In this document: piece by piece, positions 19,908-30,261 of the stretch
Position numbering within the stretch: the stretch's first letter is position 1
Layout of the letters: the number at the start of each line of letters is the position of its first letter
Origin: an uncultured candidate division Zixibacteria bacterium
GTDB taxonomy: Bacteria; Zixibacteria; MSB-5A5; UBA10806
DNA length: 64,000 bases
Assembly: GCA_963817915.1 (NCBI GenBank)
Contig: CAWFQL010000012.1
Span: 64,001 to 128,000 of the forward strand
Reading direction: 5' to 3'
The notes under the pieces: generated by a model
Databases searched by the model: none
Told to the model about the DNA's origin: nothing
What the model saw: the letters and a program-made list of their open reading frames with translations, nothing else
Program-made: the position numbers and the translations under genes

Positions 19908-20825
19908 TCATGGTCCGGTTTTGGGCTTAGCCTTGGATGTGTCTATCGTCCCCATTGTACCCTTTTGGGGTATATTCTTCGCAGCTGAGGTATCTGCCGG
20001 AAATGCCTGAATCTTGAATGCGGAACTGGAGTCCGGTTTTGTCTGGAATCCTTTTTGTCCCGGAGTAGGAGGCGAGAATGTTTTCTGGGCTGGAGTCGTT
20101 GGCGCCGGTTTTGGCAGCTGTACCGGCGGCGGTTTTAGGCCCTTCATAACAACCGGAATCGTAAATTTTTGCTGGCCATTTCCGGTCAAAGCGAAGGTGA
20201 GTGCCTGTGTACTGTCCAGATCGAAAAACTCGCCTTTCCATTGAAACTCGATTGTACCCTTATCATGCGGTTTTATTTTCTCATCCTTGATTTTCATTTT
20301 CAGATCGCCCTCAGGGCCGAAAAGCGAGGCTAATTGCAAGGTTGAATCGCTTTTATTCTCTAAAACCAATTTGACCTTTTTATTGGCGTCTTTGGTAAAA
20401 TTGACAATGCTCGGCGTATACTTGAATGGCAGCAATGAATCATTTTCCGCGAAAACCTTAGCTGAGAATCCGATTTTCACACTGAGGCTTGTGGAATCAT
20501 TGCAAGATATCGTCGCGTTTTTAACGACTGCCGACTTGGTGTTTCTTGTATTGAAAATTAATTCCACGACCGTGGAATCACCCGGCGCCAATTTGTTTTT
20601 ATGCAATGGCGCGCTTGTGCATCCTCACCCAGGCTTGACGCTGAGTATCCTCAACGTGTCATCGCCGATGTTTAAAATCCAATACGCGTGACGCGCAATC
20701 GAATTCTGAGGAATATTGCCGAAATCCCAATCCTTCTCGGGAACCGAAATCTTCGGGCCGGCGAATACAATCGATGACAGAATCAGTAAGAATATCAACG
20801 CCAAAATTGTCATTTTTTTCATCAA
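19908..20825 (-). CDS. Secreted DUF1573 (Ig-like) protein with an in-frame TGA at 20625-20627; probable selenoprotein (U-G-C motif)
   Basis: ORFs 20625..20825 and 19908..20606 share one frame; junction reads VKPG-TGA-GCTSAPL where DUF1573 has xCGCT; signal peptide; DFG and N-G-L-I motifs; Pro/Thr-rich tail. Confidence 0.8.
20581..20624 (-). promoter_or_regulatory. Candidate SECIS-like hairpin 3' of the in-frame UGA
   Basis: GCGCCA/UGGCGC stem starting 13 nt after UGA with an inner UUG/CAA stem; the A-rich loop is non-canonical. Confidence 0.35.
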
Positions 20826-20896
20826 GAATCCTCCGAGTTGCTCAAATAGAACTCAATTACTCATTCGCCGTTAATATCGGCATTTTATTTTAGCAG

Positions 20897-21811
20897 TCAA
20901 CCTAATTTTGATCTCTTTGCCAGGTATCCGAAAAGCGCCTTGTCAAATGGGACTGATGTATCCAGTAAGTGATAGTCAATCTGGGATTCCCGGCATGCCC
21001 TGGAAATTTTCTCGATATATATATCGAGTCGTTTGATGTATTCGCCGCGTATCTGCCAGGGGTCGGTCAGGAGCTCGGCGCCGGTCTCCATGTCCCTAAA
21101 ACGGGCTTCTGTGCCGTAGTTAAAATTTCTTTCAAATGGGTCGAGCACCTGAAATACTATTACCTCATGCTGGCGATGACGGAAATGCTTAAGTCCCAAA
21201 ATCATCTTGTCAGGATCATCAAGCAAATCTGAGATAACGATAATCAAGCCCCGCCTCTTAATGCGATCAGCCAATTCATGAAACGCGATCGAGGATTCTG
21301 TCCGGCTTGAAGGCAGAGTACTTCCGAGCTGCTGTAGAATTGGAGTTATATGAGATCGAGCCCCCTTGGGAGGGATATAATTGCGCACCTTTTCATCGTA
21401 AACGAGAAGCCCTGGCGCATCCTGTTGGCGGAGCATAAGATAGGACAATGCCGCCGCCAGATAAGATCCATATTCGAGCTTGGTGATTCCGTTGGATTTG
21501 TATCCCATCGAATTGGAAGCATCAAGCAGGATGTAGGCTTTTAAGTTGGTTTCTTCCTCGAACTGCTTGATATAAAAACGATCGGATTTTCCGTAGATTT
21601 TCCAATCGATATGCCTGAAATCATCACCCGGCATGTACTGCCGATGCTCCGCGAATTCGACCGAAAATCCATGATATGGGGATCGATGCAACCCGACTAT
21701 AAAACCCTCGACCACAAGACGGGCTTTAAGTTCAATTGAAGCCAATTTGCTGACAGTCGCAGGGTCAAGGAATTTGCGATAATCGCTTTGTTTTACCCGT
21801 TCTTCAGACAT
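20897..21811 (-). CDS. DUF58 domain protein (MoxR/VWA-associated)
   Basis: [46 protein letters not shown]6-ATG suggests a leaderless mRNA. Confidence 0.93.
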   Translation of the reverse strand: [304 protein letters not shown]

Positions 21812-21908
21812 TAAAACATTATACGCATTTATAAGTAATATTGGCAGATTTTTTTGTCATTTGGGGATTGATAGATATAATTTATGGAGTGTAAGCATCA
21901 CTTTAGGC

Positions 21909-23102
21909 TTACTTGAGCAAAACCAGCCTTGTTATTTCTTTCTTTTCACCCGTGGCCAATAAGGCAAAATATACTCCAGATGAAAAATTGCCGGCATTCC
22001 AGATAACCTCATGCGATCCGGACGACATCTTCCTATCGAGAAGCGTTACCATTTTCCGTCCAAGAATATCGTATATATCGAGTTTTATATTTTCCTCACG
22101 GGCCAGGCTAAATTTAATGATTGTCTGAGAATTAAAAGGATTTGGATATGATTCTATCGAAGACAGAGTCCGAGGCAGTTTTATTTCGTCCGTCGAAGTT
22201 GCGGTTTTTTCGGATAAGAAAAGCTGCGAAAAATAATCTGTCCCGCCGAAAATATATTTATCGAAGAAAAGTAGATTGCCGCTCTCGGTTATAAATGAAT
22301 TTTCATTGATGCAGGCTGACATTGTGTCGGGCCATTCGAACCTGTTGATATTGTTGGGGAGGGCTACGGCTCGCTGCCAGGCTCCATTTTCATAACGGGA
22401 TTTCATCAAAAGATTGATTCTTCGGGAATATATATAATCTGTAAAATAGAGGCTCAATTCGCTCGGATCATAAAAAGCGCTGTAATCGTAGTGACCCTGT
22501 ATATTGATAACATCAGGCATCCGCACCGCTGCTTGCCAGACGCCGTTAACAAATTCGCTTTTGTAAATAGCTCTATTATCGCCGGAGCCGACCCGATCGA
22601 AAAATAGACTGTTCGATCCGGCCGCCAGGCTGGGTTTGAATTCCTCGCTGGATGTGTTAATCGAATCACCCAAATTGGTCGGTGTTTGCCAGACGCCATT
22701 CGATTTGATTGACATCCAGATATCGGAATTTCCCCTGGTTCCGGGCCTGTCTGAACAAAACAGCAGCGTGTCGCCGCCGCCATTAATAAAGGGCATAGTG
22801 CTGCCATAACCTTCGATATTGATTGGCGCGGCCATAAGTGTGGGCGTAGTCCAATACCGCTGGCCGTTATTGCTGAAAGTCATGCGCGATGTATATATCC
22901 TGGCATCTCTGAAATGCCAGAAATAGACGTGGCGGCAATATGTATCGAAATATAATGTCGAATCTTGTTCGCAATATGACGGATTGAAATTTCCGGGATA
23001 TATCGGTTGGCCTATTTCTATGGGTTGATAAGGTCCCCAATCCTGGGCGTACGATAAGGAGCATGCTCCGATGATTGTCAATGATACTACAAATTTAAGC
23101 AT
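21909..23102 (-). CDS. Secreted PD40/TolB-like beta-propeller protein with T9SS type A C-terminal domain
   Basis: Signal peptide SYA|QDWGP; repeats such as SDRPG-DIW-W-P-NLG-IN; C-terminal YPNPFN-IYDILGR-SSGVYF-LLK. Confidence 0.85.
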   Translation of the reverse strand: MLKFVVSLTIIGACSLSYAQDWGPYQPIEIGQPIYPGNFNPSYCEQDSTLYFDTYCRHVYFWHFRDARIYTSRMTFSNNGQRYWTTPTLMAAPINIEGYGSTMPFINGGGDTLLFCSDRPGTRGNSDIWMSIKSNGVWQTPTNLGDSINTSSEEFKPSLAAGSNSLFFDRVGSGDNRAIYKSEFVNGVWQAAVRMPDVINIQGHYDYSAFYDPSELSLYFTDYIYSRRINLLMKSRYENGAWQRAVALPNNINRFEWPDTMSACINENSFITESGNLLFFDKYIFGGTDYFSQLFLSEKTATSTDEIKLPRTLSSIESYPNPFNSQTIIKFSLAREENIKLDIYDILGRKMVTLLDRKMSSGSHEVIWNAGNFSSGVYFALLATGEKKEITRLVLLK

Positions 23103-23127
23103 GGCAACTCCTTGGAAGACTAATTAC

Positions 23128-24330
23128 TTATTTAAGCAGAGTAAGCTTGATACTTTCGAATTTATTCGTTGTCTGCAATCGAGCGAAATAAATCCCGGTG
23201 GCAACATTACCTGCATCCCAAGTTATACTATGATTACCTGCCGATAGGTTCCGGTCGACCAACGTCTCGACCTTCCGGCCCAACAAATCATAAATATCAA
23301 TTTTCACTGCGTCACTGGCCGAGAGATTGAATTTAATCGTCGCCTGCGAATTGAAGGGATTAGGATACGATTCAATGGCCGAAAAGTTCTTGGGCTGATC
23401 CAAATCGCCTTCGATTCCAACTGCCCTTTCGGAAAAATACATAAACGAATAATGGTCCGGATATTCACACAGTATAAATTTATTGAAGAAAAATTTCGTT
23501 CTGTCATAGCTCATAAAAGCATTTTCATTGGTGCAGTACGATAGAGAATCGGGATCGATGCAGGAAAAACCGTTGATATTCTCATCGAGCGGCTCCGGTT
23601 CCTGCCACGAGCCGTTAACATTAGCTGATTTCATCATTAGTTGAATTCTTCCATATGGATCACTATCGGTATAATATAAGACATTTTCTAAGGGGTCGAA
23701 AAACGGCGCATATGTATAGTACCCGGGTGTATTAATAATATCGGGCAGACGCTGAGCCGATTGCCAGACACCATCGATAAGCTCGCTTTTATAAATACCT
23801 TCATAATTAGCTATGCCAAATCGCGAGAAATACAAAGCATTTGCCCCCGACACGAAACATGGTTTTAAATCAGATAAATATCTGGAATTAATGGAATCGC
23901 CGAGATTAGCGGGTTCGGTCCAATTTCCATCTATTTGTATGGTGAGCCAGATATCCGCAAAACCTTCTGTTCCCGGTCTTATGGCACTGAAAAAAAGTGA
24001 ATCACCCCCGGCAGTGATAAATGGCATTGCGCTTCCATATTCGTCAATATTAATCGGCGCCGGCATCGCGACGGGATCTGACCAAAATACCTGACCATTT
24101 TGATCTCTTGATAAATGAGACGTATATATCTTGGCATCACTGTGAAAAATACCGGGAAAGGAATTAGTACTGAAATATAGAGTAGAATCACGATCACAGT
24201 ATGATGGGCTAAAATTACCAAATGGGCTATCAGGCGCATTAATATTAATGGCCTGCGCCGGGCCCCAATCCTGCGCGTAGGAAATCGAAACAATTCCCAA
24301 AGTTGCGAAAATCAAAAACAATCTATTCAT
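23128..24330 (-). CDS. Paralogous secreted PD40 beta-propeller protein with T9SS type A C-terminal domain
   Basis: SYA|QDWGP; same repeats; YPNPFN-IYDLLGR-ATGIYF-LLK. Confidence 0.85.
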   Translation of the reverse strand: MNRLFLIFATLGIVSISYAQDWGPAQAININAPDSPFGNFSPSYCDRDSTLYFSTNSFPGIFHSDAKIYTSHLSRDQNGQVFWSDPVAMPAPINIDEYGSAMPFITAGGDSLFFSAIRPGTEGFADIWLTIQIDGNWTEPANLGDSINSRYLSDLKPCFVSGANALYFSRFGIANYEGIYKSELIDGVWQSAQRLPDIINTPGYYTYAPFFDPLENVLYYTDSDPYGRIQLMMKSANVNGSWQEPEPLDENINGFSCIDPDSLSYCTNENAFMSYDRTKFFFNKFILCEYPDHYSFMYFSERAVGIEGDLDQPKNFSAIESYPNPFNSQATIKFNLSASDAVKIDIYDLLGRKVETLVDRNLSAGNHSITWDAGNVATGIYFARLQTTNKFESIKLTLLK

Positions 24331-24523
24331 AATCCCCTCCGATTATTATCAAATTGTCTTAACACCTTAATCAAATGCCTTTTAAAAATAAAAATCACTA
24401 TGATTCATGCCGCCTTTCGCGCGTCAATTTTCTATTAAATCCCTCTCGAACAAATATGTAACGACAATCCATCATTGTCAAGTGAAATCAACAATATGGA
24501 TGGGGTTTGCTATATGAATTTGA

Positions 24524-25653
24524 TTAATTAAAAAAATGGCTCAATTCGAATAGCGGCGCAGTTAATGCGTAATACTTTTTTATGCTTGATACGAATTTAT
24601 CGACATCATCCAAAGTATGTGTAGCCATAGGGACAATTCGCAGGCAGCTTTTAGTCGCGCCGGCAATTTGAGAATGGACATCGATTGTCAAAAAGCCATC
24701 GTCGAAAAGCGACTGCTGAAGTTTTTCAATATTCTCCGCCGGCAGAAGCAATATCATGCTTTCGCTTACAACCAAGAGGGAGATTATGCTCTTTGCATTT
24801 AAGGATTATCTGCTTTTTTACTATTTCTAAGCGATTCCAAAATCGATCTGTCGTTTTGAATAAGCTCCAGCGCCTTCAATGCCGCCGCCGCCGATACCGT
24901 AGATAATGATGTCGAATAGTCGAATGTCCTGAAAATTGATTGCAGCGATTCGCGGGCCTTATCATCGAATGCCAGGAAGCCACCTTGCGAGCCCAGGGCC
25001 TTGGAGAATGTCCCCATGATGAAATCGGCCGTTCCCTTTAGATTGAAGTGCTCTTCCAGGCCGCGGCCGGTCGCTCCGACAACTCCGGTTGCATGGGCTT
25101 CATCGAGTATCAAAATGAAATGATATTTCCGTTTCAATTCCGCGAGTTTATCCAATGGCGCTATATCGCCATCAACAGTAAATACCGACGGCAGACTGAC
25201 AATATTTATCATTCCCTTGTTAGCCTTAAGAGCGGTCTGCAAGGTATCGAGATTTGAATGTTCGAATTTGATTGTTTTCGATGCTCTGGCCAGCCGAGTA
25301 CCGTCTATTGCCGACGGATGATGTCGTTTGTCTATGTAAAATACCGCCCTTTCGCTATCCAATGAATGATGAATAGCCTGGTTGGCCTGATACCCCGATG
25401 CAAATAGGACGCAATTTTGGCGCGATTTAAATTGCGCTATCGCGGAAGCCAGCTGGCGGTGAATGATAGTAGTCCCGGTCGTGCCCGGAGCCCCGCCTGT
25501 GCCGATACCGAATTGATGGGCTGCCTCAGCAGCTGCCTTCAGGACCTCTGGATGGGCAGACATACCCAGATAATCATTGGAGCTGAATATCGTGACCTCG
25601 CGACCATTAACTGTTGCCTTGCATCCCTGTCTTTTCTCAATCAGATATTCCAT
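24524..25653 (-). CDS. PLP-dependent alpha-oxoamine synthase (BioF/Kbl/SPT family), frameshifted near 24776-24819
   Basis: SSNDYLG, DGD, DEAH, GTFSKALG; removing two single bases gives LRNSKKQIILKCKEHNLPLVVSESMI joining the C-terminal LRIVPMATHT. Confidence 0.8.
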
Positions 25654-25810
25654 ATATATTCAATTTCATTCAAAATTATCGGCAAATCCTCGATATTAAT
25701 ATGCCTCCAAATGCAATGCTAGACAACATAAAACTGTTGCGCATAGCGCGGCGAATTCATATTATTTCTGCCCTTTAGGCGACAGCAGTAATCTTTCAGG
25801 AGAAGCAACA

Positions 25811-26188
25811 ATGGCAGTACATGACAACCCCGAAATCTGCACCAAATGCGACGCTAAATGCTGCAGATACTTTATGCTCGAAATAGATCGTCCCACGAAC
25901 AAAACGGATAACGAGAATATACGCTGGTATCTTTCACATAAAGACACGACTATTTATGTCATTAGGAAAAAATGGTATTTGCATGTTGACAGCTCCTGCC
26001 GTTTCCTCGACGGTAAAGGGCGATGTACCAATTACGAAAATCGTCCCAAGATCTGCCGTGAGCACGACCCCGGCCAATGCGAATTTCATACTGATTTCGA
26101 TTCCGATCTATCATTCACCGATTTAAAGCAATTCGATGATTATCTTAAGGCGAAACTGGCGCATAAAAAAGCAAGAAGGCCAAAATAA
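25811..26188 (+). CDS. YkgJ family cysteine-cluster (CxxCxxxCC) protein
   Basis: CTKCDAKCC, CRFLD, C-Y-RP-CR. Confidence 0.88.
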   Translation: MAVHDNPEICTKCDAKCCRYFMLEIDRPTNKTDNENIRWYLSHKDTTIYVIRKKWYLHVDSSCRFLDGKGRCTNYENRPKICREHDPGQCEFHTDFDSDLSFTDLKQFDDYLKAKLAHKKARRPK

Positions 26189-26247
26189 TAATAAGAAAAT
26201 CCCAATCGATGACGAATCCAAGAAACTGAATATTACGACCCAAATTT

Positions 26248-26280
26248 AAACGCGGCCCTAAACTAATAAGGCCGCGTTTT
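26248..26280. terminator. Bidirectional terminator
   Basis: AAACGCGGCC-loop-GGCCGCGTTTT between convergent genes. Confidence 0.75.
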
Positions 26281-26303
26281 ACCATAAAAGATTCCAGGAA
26301 GAG

Positions 26304-27117
26304 TTAAGAGCTATGATAATAATGATCCCATTCCCAGAAATTGCCATTTTTAACGAACTCGGCGTGGTAATGATCCGGGAAGAAGGTTATGGTCAGTGTC
26401 GCGTCAATATGGACTGGATGATTGGCACTCTCAACATCCAAAACCAATGAGGCGGTAAGAGTTCCGGCGAATGGATGCCGATCATCGTCACTGCCGAATC
26501 TTGAAGTATAAAATTTCAGATCAGTCAAAGTGCCGTTGACTAACCCGATTGAATAATCTGTGATCATTGTCTCCATACCAGCGGCGATAGAAATCGCCAT
26601 TAAGAGTCGCAACCGTATCAACCAACCCGCTCCAACGAATATTACGATCGCGGACCTTGATCCAGTTTGTATCGGGGCCGCCGTGCCGTTCGAATGTATA
26701 GGTTTTCTTGAATCGTCGTTCGAATATGTTAGTGGTCGAATCTCTGAAGCGAGTATAATGATCATTTGAATCCGTGAAACGGAAACTATCGGCGACCGCG
26801 AATTGCAGCATCGCAGTCGTATCCGCTTTCAGGCGCAGGTGCCATCCGGTTAAGGTGTCATAGCTGACCGTATCCACCACTATTGCGCCATGCTGCCATT
26901 CACCGGATACAATCCAATCGGCATCCTCGACAGCATCGCTATTTAATTCCACTATTGTCGTATCCGCCTCGGGCTTTGCTACGACAAAGCTTTGATCCTG
27001 AGGATCACCGGGGGTTAAATTGCTGCTGGTGCTCTTGCTGCTCTTACTACATCCCGAAATGCCAACCAAAATTGCTACGATAATAAATCCGGCTAAATAC
27101 AGGTGTTTCTTCATCAC
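26304..27117 (-). CDS. Hypothetical lipoprotein, frameshifted at about 26545 (extra G)
   Basis: GGAGG SD; lipobox ISGC; both ORF halves align to the intact paralogue 27332..28129 (RLFNR-VNGTLTDLKF vs RLFDRTVQGTLDSLKF). Confidence 0.8.
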
Positions 27118-27273
27118 TGCCTCCTAACTTGCATAAAATACTCGCCATCTGCCTGTCTGGTTCCACGACAATGGGCGAATTTTTAATCATCGATATATTG
27201 TGTATCTATATTCAATAGACATCAAATTTATCCGTCGAAGCTTTCGTAGCAAACAATCTACGGAGTTCATAAT

Positions 27274-27309
27274 AAAAATGGCCACGATCCGTTGATGGAT
27301 TATGGCCAA
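27274..27309 (-). terminator. Probable terminator of the 27332..28129 gene
   Basis: Minus strand TGGCCATAATCC-loop-GGATCGTGGCCA followed by TTTTT. Confidence 0.6.
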
Positions 27310-27331
27310 TTCTGAAATAGTTTTGCGATGT

Positions 27332-28129
27332 TTATGGCAGGTAATAATGATCCCATTCCCACCAATTATCTCCTCGCACCAGTCGCGCGTGATAGTGGTC
27401 AGAATAGAATGTTATTGTCAAGGTACCTTCCAGGTGTACCGTACGGTTCGGCGTCTGTACATCCATTACCATATTGGAAATCAATGTGCCCGAGAATGGA
27501 TGAGGATAAACATGGTTGAATAAATCTGCCGAATGGAATTTCAGGCTATCCAATGTTCCCTGAACTGTTCTATCAAACAATCTCCGTTCGTTGTCGCCGG
27601 TCCAATGACGATAGAAATCGCCATTAAGCACAGTCACGGAATCGGCCAGACCTTCCCAGCGGACATTACGGCGACGTTCCTTCGTCCATGCTGTGTCTGC
27701 TCCGCTGTGACGTTCAAATGTGAATGTCTTCTTGAAATGACGCTGGAAAATATCAGTAAGAGAATCAGGGAGTCGAGTAAATTGATCATTGCTATCGCTG
27801 AAACGGAAACTATCGGTGAGCGCAAACTGGAACCAGGTCAGGGAATCGGTTCTAGTGCGAATATGCCATCCGGTCAAGGTGTCATAAACGACAGTATCGG
27901 CCAGGATTTTTCCATTTAATACGATTAACGGACTAATTGACGCGCCGTCTTCCACAATATCGGTATAAAGCTCGGCAGCCGTGGAGTCGGCATCGGGCTT
28001 CGCCAATATAAAGCCTTGATCATTGGGATCGCCTTCTGTCGAACCGGTTTTTGTGCTCTTGGAACAGCCTGCTGTCATAATCAGGATCGCCAGCCCCGCG
28101 AATGCGATTAGAAAAAAGAATTTCCTCAT
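27332..28129 (-). CDS. Hypothetical lipoprotein (paralogue of the downstream gene)
   Basis: GGAGG-N5-ATG at 28129; lipobox TAGC; C-terminal WEWDHYY shared with the paralogue. Confidence 0.85.
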   Translation of the reverse strand: MRKFFFLIAFAGLAILIMTAGCSKSTKTGSTEGDPNDQGFILAKPDADSTAAELYTDIVEDGASISPLIVLNGKILADTVVYDTLTGWHIRTRTDSLTWFQFALTDSFRFSDSNDQFTRLPDSLTDIFQRHFKKTFTFERHSGADTAWTKERRRNVRWEGLADSVTVLNGDFYRHWTGDNERRLFDRTVQGTLDSLKFHSADLFNHVYPHPFSGTLISNMVMDVQTPNRTVHLEGTLTITFYSDHYHARLVRGDNWWEWDHYYLP

Positions 28130-28407
28130 TTTTGCCTCCGTTTTCATATTGTTCTGCATTATTTGACACCGAATATAATCAGACGTTTAAAATTATTATC
28201 GGCACAATTTTTATGGTTTGTTAAAGTTAACCATATAGAAAGCAAAGGCTTAATCGTCTGCGCCGAAATAGGCGATATGGCTGCGATTTTATAAATGGTA
28301 ACGATTGCCGGTGTCATATTCGGAATGTTGACATAATACTGTATTTTTGACTTGAAAGAGCTCGAAGTCTCATAATATTATACTATAACGTATAAGAAGG
28401 AGGGCTC

Positions 28408-29688
28408 TTGGATAGAATTGATTTTCCATTGACAGGTAACAGCCTCATAATGGCGATTGTCATTCTTATTCATGTATTTCTGGCGTTTATCGCAGTCGGT
28501 GGCTCTACAATGGCGGTCTATTCAGAGTGGCGGGGAAGAAGAAAAGAAGACGAGGATTTTGTGACTCTTGCTCGTCGTGTATCTAAATTTTTGTCGGATA
28601 TGATGAAAATCAACGGCGTGTTAGGTGTCGCCATAGTTGTCCTATCAATCGGGTTATGGGGGACATTTTCCCGCCTGCTGTATTCTGCACTATTCTGGCC
28701 ATTCGTAATCGAAGGCTTATTCTTTTTGATTCTAATGACTTTTTCGATTCTCTACAATAATTCCTGGGATAAGGCATCAAAGAATACTCATTTATTCTAT
28801 GGAATCATGACAGCCCTGGCGGCGATTGTGTCGGCGTTTTTGATAAATTCAATATGGGCGTTCATGATGATTCCCGGTAATTGGATTGTGTCGCAAAATC
28901 GCTGGGACGCCTTTCTGAATCCGATCGTATTCGAATCATTCCTGCATATGCTGATCCCATGCCTGCTTAACGCTTCTTTGGCGATCTTTCTATGGACATA
29001 TTGGAAATCCAGGAGCGGTTTGGATTTTGAATACTATCTTAAAATAAACAAGACGTTCGCCAAGATCGCCGGTGTGCTGATATTCCTACAGCCGTTGTCC
29101 GGGCTTGGTTTCCTGCTTAAAATAAAGTCGGCGACTCAAAATTTGACGGCGCCTAATCCCTGGGGGCAGATTGCCAATGGTTTATCGACGCCGTTTTTCC
29201 AGTCAATGATAGGGCTGGCATTACTGGCAGTGATTTGTGCCATTCTATTTTGGATTTTTGGATATCAGAAAGGGCGGAAATTTCTCATTGGAGTCGCGGT
29301 GTTCGTTTCCATCGCTTTTGTTTTTGGCGCTTTCACTCGAGAGCGAGCCCGCAAGCCTTATTTGGTTTGGGGTGCGATGTATATGAACCAGAAAATGATG
29401 AATGAACTGGTCGAGATTAATGCGGCGACCGACCCAACCCAGACGCTTGCTATTAATGGTGAGCGATTATTGAAAGACTGGGAATGTCGTTCATGCCACA
29501 CGCTTCAAGGCACGGGAGGCAATACCGGTCCCGCGCTATTGGAATTGGACAGCAAATACAATGAGGAAAATCTAGCCCTATATCTCAAGAACCCACCCGC
29601 AGACATGCCGCCATTTACGGGAAGCGAAGCGGATCTGCAAACTCTTGTGAAATATCTGCTTCATTCTTCAGAACACAAGGTCGAATAG
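28408..29688 (+). CDS. Cytochrome bd subunit I (CydA)-superfamily protein fused to a C-terminal cytochrome c
   Basis: His in TM1 (IHV), WxFxIE, SAFLINSIWAFMMIPG, FLH, RERARKPYLV; CRSCH heme-c motif with distal Met (MPPF); AGGAGG-TTG start. Confidence 0.8.
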   Translation: MDRIDFPLTGNSLIMAIVILIHVFLAFIAVGGSTMAVYSEWRGRRKEDEDFVTLARRVSKFLSDMMKINGVLGVAIVVLSIGLWGTFSRLLYSALFWPFVIEGLFFLILMTFSILYNNSWDKASKNTHLFYGIMTALAAIVSAFLINSIWAFMMIPGNWIVSQNRWDAFLNPIVFESFLHMLIPCLLNASLAIFLWTYWKSRSGLDFEYYLKINKTFAKIAGVLIFLQPLSGLGFLLKIKSATQNLTAPNPWGQIANGLSTPFFQSMIGLALLAVICAILFWIFGYQKGRKFLIGVAVFVSIAFVFGAFTRERARKPYLVWGAMYMNQKMMNELVEINAATDPTQTLAINGERLLKDWECRSCHTLQGTGGNTGPALLELDSKYNEENLALYLKNPPADMPPFTGSEADLQTLVKYLLHSSEHKVE

Positions 29689-29704
29689 AAGTCAGCAAAA
29701 AGTA

Positions 29705-30223
29705 TTAATTTTTGAAATCGAAATTTCGTCTTTTCCCGAACCATCGCGGTGTCGATCTTATGTAATTGACATAAGTTTCGCCGTGTTTCTTTATCAGGTG
29801 CGGCTCCTCGCCGAAGACAACCATGAGATGAAAATAAATCCACATTACTATTGCATAGATCAAAATCGCAGGATATCCAAAGAAGATTGACTCGCCAATT
29901 AGAACGGTGATAACGCCCAAATACATCGGGTTTCTCGAATATCGATATATTCCAGCATTAACCAGGAGGCCGGGCTCTTCGCCTAAGATTGCCTTAAATG
30001 GTTTTGAGAAGTATATGGCAGGGGTACCTTTGCCCTTGGAAACAAAAAGACCCGCGCATCCGATATAAAGCAGAGCCCCAGCCGGCATCAATATAAGCCC
30101 GATATATTTTAAAGGGCCGATATCAATTCTATATGCCCACTCCTTCGCAATCAGGTATGGGACAATTGTCGTACCTATACCGGGTATGGCCATTGTAAAT
30201 ATGATTGTGCGAATAATATTCAT
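29705..30223 (-). CDS. Isoprenylcysteine carboxylmethyltransferase / PEMT family membrane protein
   Basis: GKGTPA, GIYRYSRNPMYLG, EEPHL-Y-Y-TPRW. Confidence 0.88.
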   Translation of the reverse strand: MNIIRTIIFTMAIPGIGTTIVPYLIAKEWAYRIDIGPLKYIGLILMPAGALLYIGCAGLFVSKGKGTPAIYFSKPFKAILGEEPGLLVNAGIYRYSRNPMYLGVITVLIGESIFFGYPAILIYAIVMWIYFHLMVVFGEEPHLIKKHGETYVNYIRSTPRWFGKRRNFDFKN

Positions 30224-30261
30224 TTTCGAACTCGATCTTCCTTATCATCTCAAAGCAGTCT

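Noticed and set aside
27118..27273. Possible riboswitch in the lipoprotein leader
   Set aside because: Only weak hairpins, with no recognisable conserved aptamer motif
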